From Dictyostelium discoideum (lineage: Eukaryota), in contig CM000151.3 in NCBI GenBank assembly GCA_000004695.1, positions 2,688,001-2,752,000 on the forward strand: 64,000 nucleotides of DNA, written 5' to 3'. The notes beneath the pieces were generated by a model. That model was given only the letters and a program-made list of their open reading frames with translations, was not told where the DNA came from and made no database searches. Each line of letters starts with the position of its first letter. The first letter of the stretch is position 1. The position numbers and the translations under genes were made by a program. This document shows positions 50,884 through 62,962 of the stretch, piece by piece.

Positions 50884-52904
50884 ATGTTTAAACTTAGTAA
50901 TCCTTTTAATTATTTAAATGATTTTAATTATGCAAATTCTTATCCTGAGGCTTTTTGGGATGAAGTTGCAAAAAAGAATGTTTTTTGGTAAGATAATCCA
51001 TTTTTCTACAAAAAAAAAAATTAAAAACAAAAACTAATATATTTAAAAGGGATAAAATGTATGATAAAGTTTATAGTGGTGATGAAATGTATCCAGATTG
51101 GTTTAAAGGTGGTGAATTAAATACATGTTATAATGTTTTAGATATTCAAGTTCAAAATCCATTAAAAAGAGATCAAGACGCTTTAATTTATGAATGTCCA
51201 TATTTAAAGAAAACTATAAAATTAACATATTATCAATTATATGAAAAAGTATGTGAATTTTCAAGAGTACTTTTAAATTTAAATATTTCAAAAAATGATA
51301 ATGTTTTAATTTATATGGCAAATACTTTAGAACCATTAATTGCAATGTTATCATGTGCTCGTATTGGTGCAACTCATTGTGTATTATTCGATGGTTATTC
51401 AGTTAAAAGTTTAATAGATAGAATTGAAACAATTACACCAAAATTAATAATTACAACAAACTATGGTATTTTTAATGATGAAATTATTACATTTACACCA
51501 AATTTAAAAGATGCAATTGAATTATCAACTTTTAAACCAAGTAATGTAATTACTTTATTTAGAAATGATATTACAAGCGAATCAGATTTAAAGAAAGTAA
51601 AAGATATACCAACGATACCAAATACATTAAGTTGGTATGATGAAATTAAAAAATTCAAGGAAAATAATCAATCACCATTTTATGAATATGTTCCAGTAGA
51701 ATCAAGTCATCCACTATATATTATTTATTCAAGTGGTACAACTGGTAATGCTAAAGCAGTTGTAAGAAGTAATGGTCCAAATTTAGTTTGTATGAATTAC
51801 TTTGACAGATATATTTCAGAAAAATATGAATGTACAACATTATTGACAACTTCAAGTGTCGGATGGGTATCATTTCATGGTTTCCTATATGGTATGTTGT
51901 CATTTGGATCTACATTTGTAATGTATGAAGGTGGTATTATTAAAAACAAACATATTGAAGTTGACTTTTGGAATACCATTGAAAAACATAAAGCGACACA
52001 TACATTATCATTGGCAAACACTATTAGATACTTTATTAAAACTGATCCTGAAGGAACAATTATACGTTCAAAGTATGATTTATCAAATTTAAAAGAAATA
52101 TGGGTCGGAGGTGAAGTAATTGAAGAATCAATCCCAGAATACATTGAAAAAAAGTTAAAAATAAAACCAACAAGGGGATATGGTCAAACTGAAATTGGTA
52201 TAGCTTATTTATATTGTTTTGATCATATTAATATCCCATACTACGCAACTGGTTTACCATCAATTTTCATTAGACCATCAATATTTTCAGACGATGGTAA
52301 AGAATTAGGTGTTAACGAAATTGGTGAAATCGCATTTAAATTACCAATGCCACCAAGTTTTGCAACTACATTATATAAAAATGATGAAAAGTTTAAACAA
52401 TTATTTTCAAAATTTCCAGGTTACTACAATCCTGGTGATTTAGGTTTTAAAGATGAAAATGGATTCTATACAATTGTTTCAAGATCAGATGATCAAATTA
52501 AAATCAGTGGTAATAAAGTTCAATTAAATACAATTGAAACATCAATACTAAAACATCCATTAGTTTTAGAATGTTGTTCAATTGGTATTAACGATCCAAC
52601 TTGTTATAGTGTACCAATAGCCTTATTGGTTTTAAAACAACTACAACAACAAGATCAATCAATTCAACAAATTGATTTAAATAAATTACAAAATGAAATA
52701 AATTATATAATTAAACAAGATATTGAATCATTAGCGGTCTTAAGAAAAATTGTAATCGTTAATCAATTACCAAAAACAAAAACTGGTAAAATTCCAAGAC
52801 CAATTATATCAAAGTTTTTAAATGACTCGAATTTTCAATTACCTGATAATGTCAATAACGTTGAAATATTTTATGAAATCAAAGAATTATATATGAAAAA
52901 TTAA
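50884..52904 (+). CDS. ACSS3/PrpE-like acyl-CoA synthetase paralog G; exons 50884..50987 and 51050..52904
   Basis: Exon 1 encodes MFKLSNPFNYLNDFNYANSYPEAFWDEVAKKNVFW followed by GTAAGA. Exon 2 is a 615-aa intact ORF, about 90% identical to F. Confidence 0.85.
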
Positions 52905-53322
52905 TCTTTATAAAAAATTGACAGTTTTTTTTTTAATCATTTATTGTCATTTTTTTTTGTTTTTAAAATTATTTTTAAAAATTCACAAAAAATAATAACA
53001 TTAGCAAATAAAATAATTATTAAAATTTTATTTATATATCATATTTTGTTTTGTCTTTAAATTTAAATATTCATATATTTTAATTTTTTACTCTACAATA
53101 ACCAATGTTTTTAGTCATTTTTTTTTTATAATAATTTTCTATAATTTTTTAAAGATATTTTTCCTTTTTTTATTTAATATTGCAGTATTAGTAATCTAAG
53201 AAAAATATTTGGAAAGAAAAAAATTGAGATCCAAATGTAAAAATTCCTTTTAATCTGTTTTATCATTAAGAAAAGTTTTATATTTTATATAATAAAAATA
53301 TTTCTTAATTACAAAACAAATT

Positions 53323-53360
53323 AAAAGTGTTTGTGGTAATTTGTTTTTTACACCCCAATT
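53323..53360 (+). promoter_or_regulatory. Conserved upstream element of H: 'AAAAGTGTTTGTGGTAATTTGTTTTTTACACCCCAATTAC'
   Basis: Same motif as at 50731 and 55284, about 165 bp 5' of the ATG. Confidence 0.35.
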
Positions 53361-53486
53361 ACTTTTTTTTTTGGTTATTTTTATTTTTTTTATTTTATTA
53401 TAATTATAATTTTTAATTTTTTTTTTTAATACAATTATATAAATTATTAATATTTAATTTTAAATTTAATTTTTTTTTTAAATTAA

Positions 53487-55040
53487 TAAAATAAGAATGT
53501 TTAAACTTAGTGATCCTTTTAATAATTTAAATGATTTCAATTATGCAAATTCTTTTCCTGAGGCTTTTTGGGATGAAGTTGCAAAAAAGAATGTTTTTTG
53601 GTAAGATAATACATTTTTTTCTTTATATAAAAAATATAAACAAAAACTAATATTTTTAAAAGGGATAAAATGTATGATAAAGTTTATAGTGGTGATGAAA
53701 TGTATCCAGATTGGTTTAAAGGGTGAATTAAATACATGTTATAATTTATATGAAACAAGTCTAAAAATAAAGATAAACAAGTTCAAAATCCATTAAAAAG
53801 AGATCAAGATGCATTAATTTATGAATGTCCATATTTAAAGAAAACTGTAAAATTAACATATCATCAATTATATGAAAAAGTATGTGAATTTTCAAGAGTA
53901 CTTTTAAATTTAAATATTTCAAAAAATGATAATGTTTTAATATATATGGCAAATACGGTTGAAGCACCAATTGCAATTTTATCATGTACTCATAATGGTG
54001 CAACTCATTGTGTATTATTCGATGGTTATTCAGTTAAAAGTTTAATAGATAGAATTGAAACAATTACACCAAAATTAATAATTACAACAAACTATGGTAT
54101 TTTTAATGATGGAATCATTAATTTCATCACAAATTTAAAAGAATCTATTGAATTATCAACTTTTAAACCAAGTAATGTAATTACTTTATTTAGAAATGAT
54201 ATTACAAGCGAATCAGATTTAAAGAAAGTAAAAGATATACCAACGATACCAAATACATTAAGTTGGTATGATGAAAATAAAAAACTTAAAGAAAATAATC
54301 AATCACCATTTTATGAATATGTACCAGTAGAATCAAGTCATCCACTATATATTATTTATTCAAGTGGTACAACTGGTAATGCTAAAGCAGTTGTAAGAAG
54401 TAATGGTCCAAATTTAGTTTGTATGAATTACTTTAACAGATATATTTCAGAAAAATATGAAAATATAAAATTATTTACATTTTCAAATGTCGGATGGATA
54501 TCATTTCATGGTTCCCTATAAGGCTTGTTGTCATCTGGATCTACATTTATAATGTATGAAGGTGGTATTATAAAAAACAAATATATTGAAGTTGACTTTT
54601 GGAATACCATTGAAAAACATAAAGTGACACATGCATTGTCATTGGCAAGCACTATTAGATACTTTATTAAAACTGATCCTGAAGGAACAATTATACGTTC
54701 AAAGTATGGTTTATCAAATTTAAAAGAATTTATGGTTGGAGGTGAAGTAATTGAAGAATCAATCCCAGAATACATTGAAAAAAAGTTTTAAAGCAAAAAC
54801 AAGATCAATCAACTCAATTGATTTAAATAAATTACAATCTGAAATTAATAATATCATTACACAAGATATTGAATCGTTAGCAGTCTTGAGAAAAATTGTA
54901 GTTGTTAATCAATTACCAAAAACCAAAGCTGGTAAAACTCCAAGACCAAAGTTTTTAATGATTCAAATTTTCAATTTCCAGATAATATCATTGACATTGA
55001 AATATTTTATGAAATTAAAGAATTATATATGAAAAGTTAA
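53487..55040 (+). pseudogene. ACSS3-like paralog H, a pseudogene with frameshifts, an insertion, internal stops and a roughly 0.6-kb internal deletion
   Basis: Exon 1 is intact (MFKLSDPFNNLNDFNYANSFPEAFWDEVAKKNVFW, GTAAGA). In exon 2, 'aaagggtgaatt' replaces 'aaaggtggtgaatt' (a 2-nt deletion), and there is an insertion at about 53745..53775. Stops fall after HGSL and after EYIEKKF. The segment between the codon-360 equivalent and the C-terminal codon-480 equivalent is missing. The catalytic-site region is mutated (CAR to CTH). Confidence 0.8.
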
Positions 55041-55083
55041 AAATAACTATTTTTAATCATTTATTACTCATTTTTTATTTATT

Positions 55084-55123
<40 letters not shown>

Positions 55124-55283
55124 AAATTTTGAATCGAATTAATTTACAAAATATATGTTAAATGATATAAAATAGATTCAAATATTGTGAATAAAATTGG
55201 AAAATTTTAAAATGATTATAATAATTGGTCAATTAATGAAAATTGTATTTAATAAAAAACTGTTAAATAATAAAACAGTTTAA

Positions 55284-55328
55284 AGAAGTGTTTGTGGTTA
55301 TTTTTTGTTTTTTAACACCCCCATTTAT
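55284..55328 (+). promoter_or_regulatory. Conserved upstream element of I: 'AGAAGTGTTTGTGGTTATTTTTTGTTTTTTAACACCCCCATTT'
   Basis: Same motif, about 215 bp 5' of the ATG. Confidence 0.35.
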
Positions 55329-55504
55329 TTTTATTTATTTTTTATCTTTTATTTTTTAAAATATATATCATTATTTAAATCTTTTATTTTTTATATATAA
55401 TTAAATTTTTTAATTTTAATTTATATTATATTTAATTTTAAAATTAATTTTTAAAATTTTTTTTTTTTTTTTTTTATAATTTATTTAATTAATTAAAAAT
55501 TAAT

Positions 55505-57522
55505 ATGTATAAGCTTAGTGATCCTTTTAATTATGTAAATGACAGTAATTATGCAAATTCTTATCCTGAGGATTTTTGGGATGAAGTGGCAAAAAAGCAT
55601 GTTTTTTGGTAAATATATCTTTTTTTTTTTTCTTTATAAAAAAAGAGATTTTAATATTAAAACAAAAACTAATATTTTTAAAATAAAGGGATAAAATGTA
55701 TGATAAAGTTTATAGTGGTGATGAAATTTATCCAGATTGGTTTAAAGGTGGTGAATTAAATACATGTTATAATTTATTAGACATTCATACAAAAAATCCT
55801 ACTAAAAGAGATCAAGATGCAATAATTTATGAATGTCCATTTTTAAAGAAAACTGAGAAATTAACATATTATCAATTATATGAAAAAGTATGTGAATTTT
55901 CAAGAGTACTTTTAAATTTAAATGTTTCAAAAAATGATGTTGTTTTAATTTATATGTCAAATACATTAGAACCATTAATTGCAATGTTATCATGTGCTCG
56001 TATTGGCGCAACTCATTGTACAATAATCGATGGTTATTCAGTTAAAAGTTTAATAGATAGAATCGAAACAATTACACCAGAATTAATAATTACAACAAAC
56101 TATGGTATATCAAATGATGAAATCATTACATTTACACCAAATTTAAAAGAAGCAATTGAATTATCAACTTTTAAACCAAGTAATGTAATAACTTTATTTA
56201 GAAATGAAGTTTTGGATGAAACAAATTTAAAAAAAGTAAATGATATACCAACGATACCAAATACATTAAGTTGGTATGATGAAATTAAAAAACTTAAAGA
56301 AAATAATCAATCACCATTTTATGAATATGTACCAGTAGAATCAAGTCATTCATTATATATACTATATACAAGTGGTACAACTGGTAATGCTAAAGCTGTT
56401 GTTAGAAGTAATGGTCCACATTTGGTTAGTATTAGATATTATAGATTCCGTAAAGAATCAGATATACCTCAAATTGTATTTTCATATTCAAATATTGGGT
56501 GGGTATCATTTCACGGTTTCTTTTATGGTTTACTATCTGTAGGGAATACATTTGTAATGTATGAAGGTGGTATTATAAATAACAAACATATTGAAGATGA
56601 TTTATGGAAAACAATTGTAAAACATAAAGTAACACATACATTTCCATCCCCATCTGTATTTAGATACCTTATTAAAACTGATCCTGAAGGAAAAATCATC
56701 AGTTCAAAGTATGATTTATCAAATTTAGAAGAAATATGGTGTGGTAGTGAAGTAATTGAAGAATCAATTCCAGAATACATTGAACAAAAGTTAAAAATAA
56801 AATGTTTAAGAGTATTTGGTCAAAGTGAAATTGGCATAACTTCATTTATTAGTGTTCATGCTTTAAATATGCCTTATAAAGCCACTGGCATACCATCAAT
56901 TTTCATAAAACCATCAATACTTTCAGAAGAAGGTAAAGTTTTGAATTCAAATGAAATTGGTTTTGTTGCAATTAAACTACCAATGCCACCAGGTTTTGCA
57001 ACTACATATTATAAAAATGATGAAAAGTTTAAACAATTATTTTCTAAATTCCCAGGTTATTATAATACCGGTGATTTAGGTTATAAAGATCAAAGAGGAT
57101 TTTATACAATTGTTTCGAGATCAGATGATCAAATTAAAATCGGTTATAAAAAAGTTCAATTAAATACAATTGAAACGTCAATTTTAAAACACCCATCAGT
57201 TTTAGAATGTTGTTCGATTGGTATTTATGATCCAGTTATTCGTAGTGTACCAATTGGTGTATTAGTATTAAAAGAAAATCAATCAATTGATTTAATTAAA
57301 TTACAAAATGAAATTAATAATATCATTACACAAGATATTGAATCATGTGCAGTCTTAAGAAAAATTTTAATTGTTAACCAATTACCAAAAACAAAAGTTG
57401 GTAAAATTCCAAGACTAATTTTGTCAAATTTATTAAATGATTCAAATTATCAACTACCCCATAATGTCAGTGACACTGAAATATTTTATGAAATCAAAGA
57501 ATTATATATGAAAAATTTATAG
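55505..57522 (+). CDS. ACSS3/PrpE-like acyl-CoA synthetase paralog I; exons 55505..55608 and 55689..57522
   Basis: Exon 1 encodes MYKLSDPFNYVNDSNYANSYPEDFWDEVAKKHVFW followed by GTAAAT. Exon 2 is a 608-aa intact ORF. It has substitutions in otherwise conserved positions (KIGYKKVQ in place of KISGNKVQ; SHSLYIL). Confidence 0.8.
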
Positions 57523-58224
57523 TTAGTAAACTTAATTTAAAAATTTGTTTTTATTTTTTGAAAAAAAAATAATAAAAAAAAAAAAATTTGAATTATTTAT
57601 TTTTTAAATTTAATAAATAAAAAAATAAAAAAATTTAATTATATTTTTTTTTTTTTTATTGGTTTGATAAAAAATAGTGTTTTACCTTTTGATTACATTA
57701 GAAGTTTTGTTTTAAAAAAAAGGTTAAAAATTCAAAAAAAATAATAAGGACGGATATAAATTATTGTTTATTTCCTTTAATGCATAAACTGTGATTAATC
57801 AATATTAAATAAAAAAAATAATAATAATATAAATATTGTTTGTAATGATTAAAATTTTTTTTTTTTTTAATAAGTTTCAAATGTTGAAAAATCTTTAAAA
57901 AAAAAATTAATTTTAATCGTAACAAGCACTTTAAAAAAATATTTACTTATTATTAGCATTTTTAACAAACAACATAAAAATAAAAATTTTAATTAAAATA
58001 AATTAAATTAAATTAAAAAACACACTGGGGTGTGTAGAATTTCTAAAATATTTTAGTGGAAATAATTTAATTTATTTTAATTAAAATTTTTTATTTTTAA
58101 TTATATAAAAATATTATCTAACAAACAATAAGAATTTTTTTTTTTTTTTTTTTTTTTCATTAGAGTTTGTGCACTATTATATTTAATTTTTCATTTTCAT
58201 TTTATTAAATAATTAATAACAAAT

Positions 58225-60240
58225 ATGTATAAACTTAGTGATCCTTTTGATTATTTAAATGATAATAGTTATTCAAAGTCTAATCCAGAAGCTTTTTGGG
58301 ATGAGGTTGCTAAAAAGAATGTTTTTTGGTAAATATATATCTTTTTTTTTCTTTGTTAAAAAAGAGATATTAAAATTAAAACAAAAACTAAGATTTTTAA
58401 AAATAAAAGGGATAAAATGTATGATAAAGTTTATAGTGGCGATGAAATATATCCAGATTGGTTTAAAGGTGGTGAATTAAATACATGTTATAATTTATTA
58501 GATATTCATATTAAAAATCCTGCTAAAAGAGATCAAGATGCATTAATTTATGAATGTCCATTTTTAAAGAAAACAATTAAATTAACATATTATCAATTAT
58601 ATGAAAAAGTATGTGAATTTTCAAGAGTACTTTTAAATTTAAATGTTTCAAAAAATGATAATGTTTTAATATTTATGGCAAATACATTAGAACCATTGAT
58701 TGCAATGTTATCATGTGCTCGTATTGGTGCAACTCAATGTACATTATTCGATGGTTCTTCGGTTAAAAGTTTAATAGATAGAATCGAAACAATTACACCA
58801 AAATTAATAATTACAACAAATTATGGTATTTTAAATGACGAAATCATTACATTTACACCAAATTTAAAAGAAGCAATTGAATTATCAACTTTTAAACCAA
58901 GTAATGTAATAACTTTATTTAGAAATGAAGTTTTGGATGAAACAAAATTAAAAAAAGTTCAAACTATTCCAACTATTCCAAATACATTAAGTTGGTATGA
59001 TGAAATTAAAAAATTAAAAGAAAATAATCAATCACCATTTTATGAATATGTACCAGTAGAATCAAGTCATCCATTATATATACTTTATACAAGTGGCACA
59101 ACTGGTAATACCAAAGCTGTTGTAAGAAGTAATGGTCCGCATATGGTTGGTATTAAATACTATACATTCCGTAAAGAATCAGATATACCTCAAATTGTAT
59201 TTTCACATACAAATATTGGGTGGGTATCATTTCATGGTTTCTTTTATGGTTTATTATCTGGAGGAAACACCTTGGTAATGTATGAAGGTGGTATTATAAA
59301 AAACAAACATATGGAAGATGATTTATGGATAGCTATTGTAAAACATAAAGTAACACATACGTTTCCATCCCCATCTGTATTTAGATACCTTATTAAAACT
59401 GATCCTGAAGGAACAATTGTACGTTCTAAGTATGATTTATCAAATTTAAAAGAAATATGGTGTGGTGGTGAAGTAATTGAAGAATCAATTCCAGAATATA
59501 TTGAACAAAAGTTAAAAATAAAATGTTTAAGAGTATTTGGTCAAAGTGAAATTGGCGTAACTTCATTTATTAGTGTCCATGCTTTAAATATTCCTTATAG
59601 AGCCACTGGCGTACCATCAATTTATATTAGACCATCAATACTTTCAGAAGAAGGTGAAGTTTTGAATTCAAATGAAATTGGTTTAGTTGCATTTAAACTA
59701 CCAATGCCTCCCAGTTTTACAATTACATTTTATAAAAATGATGAAAAGTTTAAACAACTATTTACAAGATTTCCAGGTTACTACGATTCAGGTGATTTAG
59801 GTTATAAAGATCAAAGAGGATTTTATACAATTGTTTCAAGATCAGATGATCAAATTAAGATAGGTTTTAATAAAATTCAATTAAATACAATTGACACATC
59901 AATTTTAAAACATCCATCAGTTTTAGAATGTTGTTCTATTGGTATTTTAAGTCCAGATTGCCATACTGCACCGATTGGTATATTGGTATTAAAAGAAAAT
60001 CCATCAATTGATTTAAATAAATTACAAAATGAAATTAATAATATCATCACGCAAGATATTGAATCACTGGCAGTCTTAAAAAAAATAATAGTTATTAACC
60101 AATTACCAAAAACAAAAGTTGGTAAAATTCCAAGACAAATTTTATCAAATTTATTAAATGATCCAAACTATCAATTACCAGACGATGTCAATGACTCTGA
60201 ACTATTTTATAAAATCAAAGAGTTATATATGAAAAATTAA
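58225..60240 (+). CDS. ACSS3/PrpE-like acyl-CoA synthetase paralog J; exons 58225..58328 and 58410..60240
   Basis: Exon 1 encodes MYKLSDPFDYLNDNSYSKSNPEAFWDEVAKKNVFW followed by GTAAAT. Exon 2 is a 607-aa intact ORF (KIGFNKIQ variant; the catalytic LPKTKVGKIPRQ is present). Confidence 0.85.
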
Positions 60241-60300
60241 TTTTAGCAAAGTTTTTGTAAATTGTTTTTGTTCTAAAAAAAAAAAAAAAAAAAAAGAGTA

Positions 60301-60578
60301 ATAATAATTAAAAAAGAAAATAATTTGGATTATTTTTTTTTAATTTAATAAAAGTAGGAGATATAAAAAATAAATAAAAAATATAAAAAAAAAATAAAAA
60401 AATTTAAACTTTTAAATAATATGTTTGAAATTATTTGATTTTTTTTTTTTTTTGACTAAAAATAGTGTTTTACTATGGGACAAAAAGAGTTTTTTTAATC
60501 CACCTCCATCCTTATTGTTTTGTTTAAAGGGGTTTTCTCCCGTTGTAATTTAATTAATTTTAAATTAAATTTAATTTT

Positions 60579-60637
<59 letters not shown>

Positions 60638-61385
60638 TATTTAATTTTACAAAAAGTTTCATTATAATATTTAAAAACCAAAATATAAAAAAAATGTCAC
60701 ACAAATTCCCCACTTAAAATATTATTATAATTTCAAAAATATTTAATTAAAAAAGAAATATATAATAAATAAGAATAAAATAAAAATAATATAATTTGGT
60801 AGTTAAAATGGATTCTAACTTTATCGGTTGAGTTGAAAGAAGTCGCACAAATTTTGTAACTTAAAAAAGAACTAAGGTTTCTATTTCAACCTCTGTTTTT
60901 AATTTTTTCCAAAATATTAAAACCGCAATAAGGCTACGACATCAATAAAATTGAAATATTTGCTTATTGTGAATTCTCACACGGTATATTGTGTAACACA
61001 CACCACCCAGGTTTAACTTCATGAACGCACCGTCAATAGGAATTCACTACAGCAGCGTAGTCAAATTAAATAATAAAATTCACTACGCTACTGTAGTGAA
61101 ATTTTATGGAAAATTCCCTCCAACAATAATAATTAAAAAAGAAAATAATTTGGATTATTTTTTTTTTAATTTAATAAAAGTAGGAGATATAAAAAATATA
61201 TAAAAAATATAAAAAAAAAATAAAAAAATTTAAACTTTTAAATAATATGTTTGAAATTATTTGATTTTTTTTTTTTTGATTTTTTTTTTTTAATTATTTT
61301 TTTTTTTTGACTAAAAATAGTGTTTTACTATGGGACGAAAAGAGTTTTTTTAATCCACCTCCTTCCTTATTATTTTACATATATC
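60301..61385. repeat. About 230-bp direct repeats (60301..60550 and 61124..61385, about 95% identical) flanking a roughly 570-bp core with a 49-nt poly(A) run and a relatively GC-rich island; LTR-like / TE-remnant or local duplication
   Basis: Both copies share 'aaaaagaaaataatttggattatttttt..aatttaataaaagtaggagatataaaaaat..tttgaaattatttgattttttt..gactaaaaatagtgttttactatggga..agagtttttttaatccacctcc'. The core at 60780..61110 is markedly less AT-rich than its surroundings. Confidence 0.6.
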
Positions 61386-61786
61386 CAAATTATTAATTAA
61401 TTATCCATATTTTTTGGATTCTATCCTTTTTTTATTTTTTATCACCACTAAAGAGATATTCCTTAAAAAAAAAAAAAAATAGAGAAAATAAGGAAAAATA
61501 GATAAATTTTTTTAAATTTTTTTTTCTTAAAAAACTGCAAATAAAAATAAAAACTAGACTGTTTGGTTATTAAAATGAATATTTATTTATATTTTTAAGA
61601 TTTTTTTTTATTTTTTTTTTTTCAAAAGATATGAAAAAATTTTGATCAGTAAAAAAAAATTTAACAATTTAATTTTAAAAAAATAATTATAAAATCCCAA
61701 TCTAAGCAATGAGAAAGATATAAAATAATTTGTTTTGTTTTTAATTCAAACAATGAGAAAGATATAAAATGATTCTATTTATATTT

Positions 61787-61824
<38 letters not shown>

Positions 61825-62962
61825 CTTTGGACTCCATTTTATCTAGGCATTTAATTAGACAAAACTTAAATAAAGATAATTACAAAAAATATATGAATGA
61901 AAATTTTTAAAACCCTATAGATATTGGGCAGATATGATAATTTCAAACCTTTTTTTAATTTAAAAAAAAAAAAAAAAAAATATCTTGCACGGGAAAAAAA
62001 AACCTAGTAAAATGTTAAATTATTTAAAAAAAAATAAAAATTCTTATATTTTAATATTTTTTATTTAAATATTTATTGTACACCCATTATTTTTTATCAT
62101 TTTATTATAGTTTTTAATAATCTACAATATATTAAACTATAGTTTAATGTTTTAAAAAATGAGAAATTTCAATAGTATTATTTCCTATTAATTGTTGTAT
62201 ATTATTAAATTATAGTTTTATGTTTTAAAAAATGAGAAATTACAATAGTAAAATTTCTCACAATATGGTAAATCAATAAATTTTTTATAATTTAATGACA
62301 AATTAATATTCAATTCTAATTAAATAATATAAGATTTTTTCAATTTTTAATTTATTAAAATATATTTTTTTTATGGCCAGATTCTTTTTAATTATTTTAT
62401 GATAATTTAATAATAAAGTGTGATTAATTATTAATTAGAAATTGATATTAGTTTATTAAAAATTTTATTATATAAAAATATTATCTAACAAACAATAAGA
62501 ATTTTTTTTTTTTTCATTAGAATTTTTGCACTTTCCCAAAAAATTCTCCATATTATTTTATTTATTTATATTTTTTATTGCGACATTAATTTCTTATTTT
62601 TTTTTATTATGAATTATGGTATATGTAAAAAAAAGTAGTAGGAATAAATTTGGAGATTTTAAATAAACCTTTTTCATGTATCTTTTAAATAATCTTAATT
62701 GAAATTATTAGTGGACATATTTTTTTTATTTAATTTTATTCATTTCATAATTCTAGTTTACTCACTTTTTGTAATTTAGGATATTCATAATATGAATAAT
62801 TTTTAATGACGGGTGCAATAAAATTTATTTTTATGTATAAATTTTTTTTTTCCATGATTTAGTATTATTAATTTTTTTTTTCTTTTTTTTTTTTAATATT
62901 TCATTTGTATTTTATTATATTTAATTTTTCATTTTCATTTTATTAAATAATTAAAAACAAAT

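Noticed and set aside
60780-60870. Possible tRNA gene at the start of the GC-rich core ('ggtagttaaaatggattctaac...')
   Set aside because: I could not construct an acceptor stem, anticodon stem and T-loop (GTTC..A) consistent with a cloverleaf by eye. It is kept only as part of the TE/ncRNA candidate finding, not called as a tRNA.
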